Shown here: in pieces, positions 56,498-64,000 of the stretch
How the letters are laid out: the number at the start of each line of letters is the position of its first letter
Position numbering within the stretch: the stretch's first letter is position 1
Origin: Octopus sinensis
Taxonomy: Eukaryota
Direction: 5' to 3'
Length of the DNA: 64,000 nt
NCBI RefSeq assembly: GCF_006345805.1
Contig: NC_043002.1
Coordinates: 29,264,001-29,328,000 of the forward strand
Position numbers and translations under genes: made by a program
The notes under the pieces: model-generated
Database searches by the model: none
What the model was told of the DNA's origin: nothing
The model's input: the letters and a program-made list of their open reading frames with translations, nothing else

Positions 56498-57569
56498 AGA
56501 GAGAGTGAATGATTGAGTGATTGAGAGAAGAACTAAACAATGAAAGTGGCATAAAGATTCAACAGTAAAAAAGAATGGAGAGGGAGGAAAAGGGTCAATA
56601 AGTGAAGGGTCAAACAGTGAAGTGAATAAGGAAAGAATGAGAGAGAAACAGAGACAAGAAATGAAAGTGAAAGTGGAGCAGAGAAAAAGAGAGAGGAAGG
56701 AGAGAGCGAAAATTAAAGTATCACTGCGTGAGTTACGAACGGAGAAAGAATGATAGAGGGAGATAGAGTAAGTGTAAATGTAAAAGAATGATAGGTAAGT
56801 CTCAGAAGTCAGTGTTATTATATTGGGCTACTACATATATCAATTGTTGGATTATCAGATTATAACAATTGGTCAGTAATAGCGAATAAAGAGCAGATTT
56901 ATTAGATGGACAATTGAGAATGTGTATAGGCAGGGTGGAGTCGGGTGAAATTTATGAGGTAATTTGAAAATTAGTGAAACGATTATAAACGATAATATGT
57001 ATGTAAGGGTGTGAATGTGTTGTCTGCGTGCATAATTCGGATGCAGCATTTTCTTTATGTATGTTTTCGTCATTCAACGACTGAAGAATCGGTTAGTCAA
57101 TGTTATATATTGAGCCGCTTATAATATCTAACAGCACTGTTGGTTAGTGAACAAAGTGGGGAAATACTTTTCCCAGTATACGTGATGAAGTACAGTCCAC
57201 TGATATTTTGGTCATACGTGTAGCCGTCTTCTGAGTAGATGCGCCAATTAATGTGTGTGTGTTTCTGAGTAAATATTTGGTTTATTATTTGAATATTTTA
57301 AGAATGAATCTCATTTATCATAGTTTCTAGTGTTTGATGAAGTGAATTATTCAGATATTTTATTGGTAAGTACCTTTTCCCAAACTTTGCTCGGTGAAAT
57401 GCCAATCTATCTCGGTACATTCATGCATATATATACATACAAACATACATACATGCATACATACATACATACATACATACATACATACATACATACATAC
57501 ATACATACATACATACATACATACATACATACATACATAGAAATAAAAGAAATATAACCCACAATATGG

Positions 57570-57985
57570 TAGAAGCAATAGCCACTCATAATGAAAAGGA
57601 GTGTTGGAAAATGTACCAGTGAGGACCTCAATAAAATGTATGTACAGCAGACCTAATATAATGATTTGGGTTAGACAAGAAAAACTGAGCATAGTTGTGG
57701 AAATTAGCTGCGCAGCGGGTGTTAACATAAAGCTGAAGATTAGTGAAAAAGAGAACACCAATACTAAACTATTGAGAAATCTACAGTTACTCTATCCAGA
57801 TTACAAATTCAGGTTTATACACGTGATTATTGGGATCCTGGGATATGTAACACACTGACTAAATACAAATCTTGAGAAATTAGGCTTCTCAAAATCAGAA
57901 AGGGGAATGCTACTTCGAAAATTGCACATCCAATCTCTCACTGGGACTGCAAAAATCGGTAAAACTTTTCAGTTTATCATTTAAA
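57570..57985 (+). pseudogene. RLE endonuclease and C-terminus fragment of a further LINE family
   Basis: SRPNIMIWVRQEKLSIVVEISC...FIHVIIGILGYV...LTGTAKIGKTF. Confidence 0.75.
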
Positions 57986-58419
57986 TATATATGAGCATGT
58001 CTAGATATGTAAATATATGCATGAGAATACATACATAAAACATACGAATCTACACATATATGCATACATACATATATGCATGCATACAGGCATATATGCA
58101 TGCATACATACATACAAAAATACCCTGTTGTTGATGTTGAAATTCTAGTGAAGGAAACTTGAATCTAGGTTAGAAAACGGTTCTTTCTCTATTGGCAAGA
58201 AATCTTGAAATAAGCTGTATAATGACATACATACATACGTATACACACTTATGACATGTATATATTGGGTTGTGAATATGTATACATATTGTGAATATGT
58301 ATACATATTGTGAATATGTATACATATTGTGAATATGTATGTTCTCTTTCTCTTTTAAATTTAGAATAAGTTTTGACTACCCACCTATTTTGAAGCAAGA
58401 TTGCGAAGTAAGGTGTATT

Positions 58420-59050
58420 GTCTTGTTCAACGTCCTTTAAATCTTGAAAAAGATCTTGCAGATCTTTATAGTTCCATACATCGTGATAATGTGTAGTGTA
58501 CGAATTAATAATTTGCGTCTTTCCCCCCAAACCCAAGTTCAGCCATACTTTGCTCCACACCTGTCGGTATGTATCCTGTTACTCCAATAATAATAATAGG
58601 CAGGAAACTGAAAGTGTATCTTGGGTAATAGATTTGCAAACTCTTCATTGATATCTTTTTCTTGTATTTTTCTAATCTCATTGGTGTCCAGTGGCCAGCT
58701 GCTTTATACACCTGAGCATATCGCATATCCTTTGTCTGTGGTCCAGCACAACAATATCTGGCCAGTTATGTTTTAATTTGGCGGTTATTTTAATTTTAGG
58801 TTCCACAAATATTCTTTTGAGTCGTCGGTCTCAATAAATTCAACTTCGTCTGAAGGTGTTTTCTATTTATTACCTTGTTGTTCCAGATTGTTCTGGCCAC
58901 TGCATTATGCCTCATGGGAAAATATCTAGAAAACATTCTCCCGAAGTTGTCAATAATGTGGCTGATGTCTTGGTCGTCAATATTTTCAGCAGTTTATGCG
59001 GTATGTACTTGGTTGGGATCAATTGTTCTTGAATTGAATGAAGGTAGTCT
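58420..59050 (-). pseudogene. Decayed RLE LINE C-terminal fragment
   Basis: MRHNAVARTIW, NWPDIVVLD, LPIIIGVTGYIP. Confidence 0.65.
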
Positions 59051-59864
59051 TCGAAATGGAATGTCATAAGCTTGTCGCTACTTCATGCCAAACTTTTGAC
59101 TTAACCAATTTCTTATATCGTTTCTGTTTTTACGTGTTTTATGTGCCAAGTATGCATATACTATATTTTGTGAACTGGTCCATTTTTTTAATCTTCTGAA
59201 TAATGGTTTTTAGCAATGCTCCTTGGTGGGAGATCTGGATCAGCTCTTCTTTCATAACTCTTTTCAAGTTTATTAGCCATCCTAATTATGTTGTTGATTT
59301 CATAGTCACAAGCTTGGGCAATATAGTAATGTTTCCTCCGCAACAGAAATTGTTTCATCATTATCGTATTTAATTTGCAAAATTCTTGATGAGAAATAAT
59401 ATCATGAACAAGGTACATATCTAAATATATAATTAATTATCTTTCGAGTGAATACTGTTCCCATTAGTGTATATAAAATTACAAATAGCACAACAGGTTA
59501 ATTACATATAAGTCTCTATTATGTTTGCTTCCGCTGTGCATTCCATCGATGTCTTTCTAGAGCACTTTGTCGAGAAATATATGCGGCACCTTCATATGTT
59601 CACTGCAAAAGACTACATAATATGAATAAGGGGATGCATGGGCAAGTTCCCTACACCGGGCTAGGAACTCAGGATATAGAAAAGGGGAACAAATATAACA
59701 GAATCTGTTGTCCAATGCTTCAAGAACTCTGCGAATCTACTGTCCTGAATAACTATTTATTTCTCGACTTCGGAATCTCAGAAAACAACGTTAACCTTGA
59801 CGGGTTTTGATCTCCGCGCACGAAGCACAACAATAACCAATACACAATCAACAATAATCTATCT

Positions 59865-60075
<211 letters not shown>

Positions 60076-60671
60076 TATCTATATACATTGGGTCTGTGTG
60101 TGTAAACATATATATGTAGATACACATATATCTCAGTGTGTGTGTATGTATGTATATGTATGCTTAAGGATTAATAAAATATTTAAAATATTGTTTGATT
60201 TTTCCCTTATGATTGATCTTCTCCAATTGATTGATCTTGTATTGAATGTTTGATGTTCGTTTTACCGTCAGTATATTACACTCTAGTAAGTTCGTAATCA
60301 CCGCAGAACAGTTATAGTAAATTGCTTCGTAATCAGATCACATATATTTGAAAGACTATCTGTGACGGACAAACCAAACTAAAGACGATATATTCTTGTA
60401 ACCTATCTAATTTAAAACATTAAGTGTTGAGTAATTACTGGTAGAATCGTAGATCATTATAATTATTATTATTATTTGATATACACAGAACAGATTAAAT
60501 TGTTAGAAAAAAGACTCCTACAATAAGTAAGCTTAGATGCCAAGAACCTTCCTTTGTATTCTAGCTATGCCTAATAATGCTCTTTGTTGGAGCTGCTCTA
60601 AACCGGGTTTTCTACCTCTTTCCGTAGTTCAAAACTTTAGGGATTGTTACAGGATTACTATTATTAATATT

Positions 60672-63368
60672 CAGTAGTTTTATTTTTATAGCATGCTTTC
60701 ACTTCACTACCGAGCGCATCTCTGTGTGCCTTAGGTATGTGCTGTGATTTGTCGTGATGCTCTGATGGTTATTGTATGGAAAGTGTTCTGCGTAGGATGT
60801 GTGCAGTGCCTAGCAGTGCAATTTTCTGTATGTTATATGTGTTTGTAAGTCCTGGTGTTTTTGTTATGTATTTGTTTGAATATTTTTTTATCATGCCTAA
60901 TGCACCTACAATGATAGGAATTGTTTCTGTTTTTAGATTCCACATTCTGGTTACCTCTATTTCCAGGTCTTTGTATTTTGAAAGTTTCCCCATTTCTTTT
61001 AGAGACACGTTGTCATCTGCCGGTATTGATATATCAATTAGAAAGAATTTTTTTTCTTCATGATCTCTGACAACTATATCTGGTCTCTTGGCCTTAATTT
61101 CTCTATCTGTGTGTATCGGCATATCCCAGAGTATGGTTGCTTTCTCGTTTTCTGTGACCTTTTCTGGTGTGTGCCTATACCATCTTTTTTCTGTTGTTAT
61201 TCCATAATGTTGGCATAGCTTCCAGTGTACGTAGGTTCCAACTCTGTCATGTCTGTGAATATATTCCTTCTTAGCCAGGACTGGGCAGCCAGAGATAATA
61301 TGATTTATTGTTTCTTGTCCATCTCCACATATTCTGCAGTTACTTGTTATATTTCTTTTCATTACATGTTTTTGGTAATTTCTGGTGGAGAGGCTTTGGT
61401 CTTGTGCTGCAATTAAAAATCCCTCCGTCTCTGCTTTGAATCCTGAGCTTCTCAACCATTGCTGGGATTTTTCTTTGTCTATTTCTTTTGCGTTTAATTT
61501 AGTCCAGTATTTACCATGAAGGGGCTTTTCTTGCCATCGTTTTATCATTGTTCGTTGCTGTTCTATTTTTAGTTTGGATTTAATTTGTTTTATAGCTTTT
61601 GATGTTTCTTCTTCTTCTTCTTCATATTTATTAGGTGGTATGATTTCTTGTTTGTATTTGTCAGCTTCCTTAAATACTGAGAACAGTTTTTTGTTTTGCT
61701 CGTGTTTTGCCGCTATTTGTATCAGTTTTCCTTCCTTTTGAAGTAGATATTTTTGCAATCCTATGGTGGTTATTTTACAGTAGTTTTCCAGTTGTATAAG
61801 GCATCTACCGTCTTCTATACGTTGTATATATAGTCTTTCTATGTCATATTTTGGTTGATGCATCCTAGATCCTGTCATATTTTTCTTGTTTTCCTATCTA
61901 TTTTGGTCAGTTCATTTCGTGTCCAGTTAAGGATATTGTAGCTGTAACTTATATCTGGGACAGCTAAAGTGTTAATACCTATTATCTTGTTGTTAGCATT
62001 GAGCTCTGTTTTTAGTATTGATCTAACTCGTCAATAATATTCTTTTTTTATTTTCTTTTTCATTTGTGTGTGTTGTGTCTTATCTAGTTCATGGATTCCT
62101 AAGTGTTTGTAAGTTTGGCTTTGGTCTAGTTCTTTTATTTCATTGGTTTTATCTAGTGTGATGTTGCTACTCTTAAATAGTTTTCCTCTTTTCAGGGTTA
62201 CTTTGGCGCATTTTTCTAATCCAAATTTCATATCTATTTCTTTGGTAAATCAATGAACTGTCTTTAGTAGTGTTTCCAGCTGTTTGTCATTTGCAGCGTA
62301 TAGTTTTAGGTCATCCATATATAAAAAGTGGCTGATCGTTTTGCCGTAACATTTTCTATCCGCATCCAGTTCTATTTAGCATATCAGATAGAGGTGATAG
62401 TGCCAAGCAGAAAAGGAGTGGAGAGAGCGTGTCTCCCTGGAATATTCCTCTTCTAATGGGGATGGCTTTGGTTTTCATGAGTCCCTCTTTTGTTTGGGGC
62501 TGTAGCACTGTTTGCCATTTATTCATAGTGCCCTATGAATTTTATAATTGTTGGTGCTACTTTGTTAATTGCTAGTGTTTCGAGGATCCATGTGTGGGGG
62601 GTGCTATCAAACGCCTTTTTGTAGTCGATCTAGGCCATACTGAGGCCTTTCTTCTTTCTGTGGCTGTCTTCAGTTATGGCTTTATTAATCATTAGTTGAT
62701 CTTTACAGCCATATGAGTTTTGCGGCATCCTTTCTGCTCTTCTGGAAACAGGTTGTTTTGGTCCAGGTGCTTGTTCAACCTTTGCCATATCACTGCAGTA
62801 ACTGCCTTGTACATTGTAGGGAGACAGGCTATTGGTCTGTAGTTTTCTGGTTTTGCTGTCTCACTTGATTTGGGAATTAAGATGGTTTTTCCCTTCGTGA
62901 GCCATTCAGGCATTGTCTCTGGCTCTGCTAGTACGTTGTTAAAGTTTTCAGCCAGCTTTTTGTGCATTCCTGTTAGATATTTCAACCAGAAGTTGGGGAT
63001 CTTGTCATGCCCAGGTGCTTTCCAGTTGCTTAGTCTTTGCAGTGCCTGGGTGACCTCTTCAATTGTTATGGGGGTCCAAAGTTGCTCAGATGCTGAGTTT
63101 GTTGTTTTAATGCTCCTTTTTTTTGGTTGTTCGTTCGCCGACCATATTTCTCTCCAGAATTCTTCCACTTCTTCTGCCGTTGGTGCTGCAGTGATTTCTA
63201 TTTTACTTTTGCCAAGTTCTTGGTAGAACTTTTTGAGGTTGGAGTTGAACTTTTTTTTTGTTCGAAGAAGCTCTGGCGTTTCTCGTACCGACGGATCCTT
63301 TGTGCTTTGGCCAGGATATCTTGCTCCAGCTTTTCTTTTATCTCAGGTAAATCTTTTTCTGTGATGAT
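60672..63368 (-). mobile_element. 5'-truncated RLE LINE subfamily A, copy 2 (longer)
   Basis: KAPGHDKIPNFWLK, NYRPIACLPT, RT core, and intact 369-aa C-terminal ORF 60769-61878 with CCHC and PD-(D/E)xK-type motifs; near-identical to copy 1. Confidence 0.95.
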
Positions 63369-63372
63369 GTTG

Positions 63373-63409
<37 letters not shown>

Positions 63410-63926
63410 GTTTTTTCTTTCTTTCTTCAAATTTTCTTCTGTTTCTCGCCGAGTGTTTTCCATACACCCAGGGCAGAGAAGCTCATTGTATGCATTCCCA
63501 GATTACACACGCAAATTCACAGATAACTATGTATTTAAAAATTAATAAATAAATAAATTCATGGATGGATGTTATTGTCACAGCGATAGTGCTCTTCTCA
63601 GTACATGAGCCGTTCCAGTTAATACGATTTTTTGCACTTCCTGTAGGGATGGTAAGCCTGGAATCATTTTCAAATAGGTTTCAGAACCTTTTTTTTATCA
63701 TTCCTAGAGATCTTACAATCACTGGTACTGTAGTCGCTTTGAGATGCCAAATTTTTTCAATTTGTATTAGCAGGTCTTTATATTTACTAATCTTGTCAAA
63801 TTCTTTCGCCGCTATATTGTGATCGCAAGGGATACTCATGTCTCTTTCGCCGCTATATTGTGATCGCAAAGGATACTCATGTCTCTTTCGCCACTATATT
63901 GTGATCGCAAGGGATACTCATGTCTG

Positions 63927-63928
<2 letters not shown>
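63410..63928 (-). mobile_element. RLE LINE subfamily B, short 3' fragment, copy 2
   Basis: MSIPCDHNIAAKEFDKISKYKDLL... and 3' UTR match copy 1; 5' end carries a 41-bp triplication. Confidence 0.9.
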
Positions 63929-63979
<51 letters not shown>

Positions 63980-64000
63980 CTTTATTATTATCATTATCAT

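Noticed and set aside
63808-63928. 41-bp repeats as a CRISPR-like array
   Set aside because: No spacers, and the unit is LINE coding sequence in a eukaryotic context.

Overview
AT-rich eukaryotic DNA saturated with microsatellites and transposable elements. The repeat families and the (TA)n/(CA)n/(AAT)n load look like an Octopus (coleoid cephalopod) genome; this is inference from recalled repeat consensus, not a database match. I found no host protein-coding gene I can support, and most ORF-track entries are microsatellite read-through. Supported content: (1) RLE-type (R4/Dong-like) non-LTR retrotransposons, two young near-identical copies plus older fragments, stacked head-to-tail on (AAT)n tracts; (2) Tc1/mariner remnants, one with its TIRs separated by about 3.7 kb of nested LINEs; (3) four families of tRNA-derived SINEs; (4) a non-autonomous Helitron; (5) a decayed initiator tRNA-Met copy; (6) a Penelope-like GIY-YIG remnant. 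The most interesting signal is invisible in the ORF track: at least three unrelated type I hammerhead ribozyme families. They sit in short non-coding inserts at or near (TA)n tracts, and two are in near-zero-spacer fold-back palindromes that put one hammerhead on each strand. SINE and decayed-element boundaries are approximate (tens of bp). Ribozyme, TIR, Helitron and tRNA coordinates were counted by hand.
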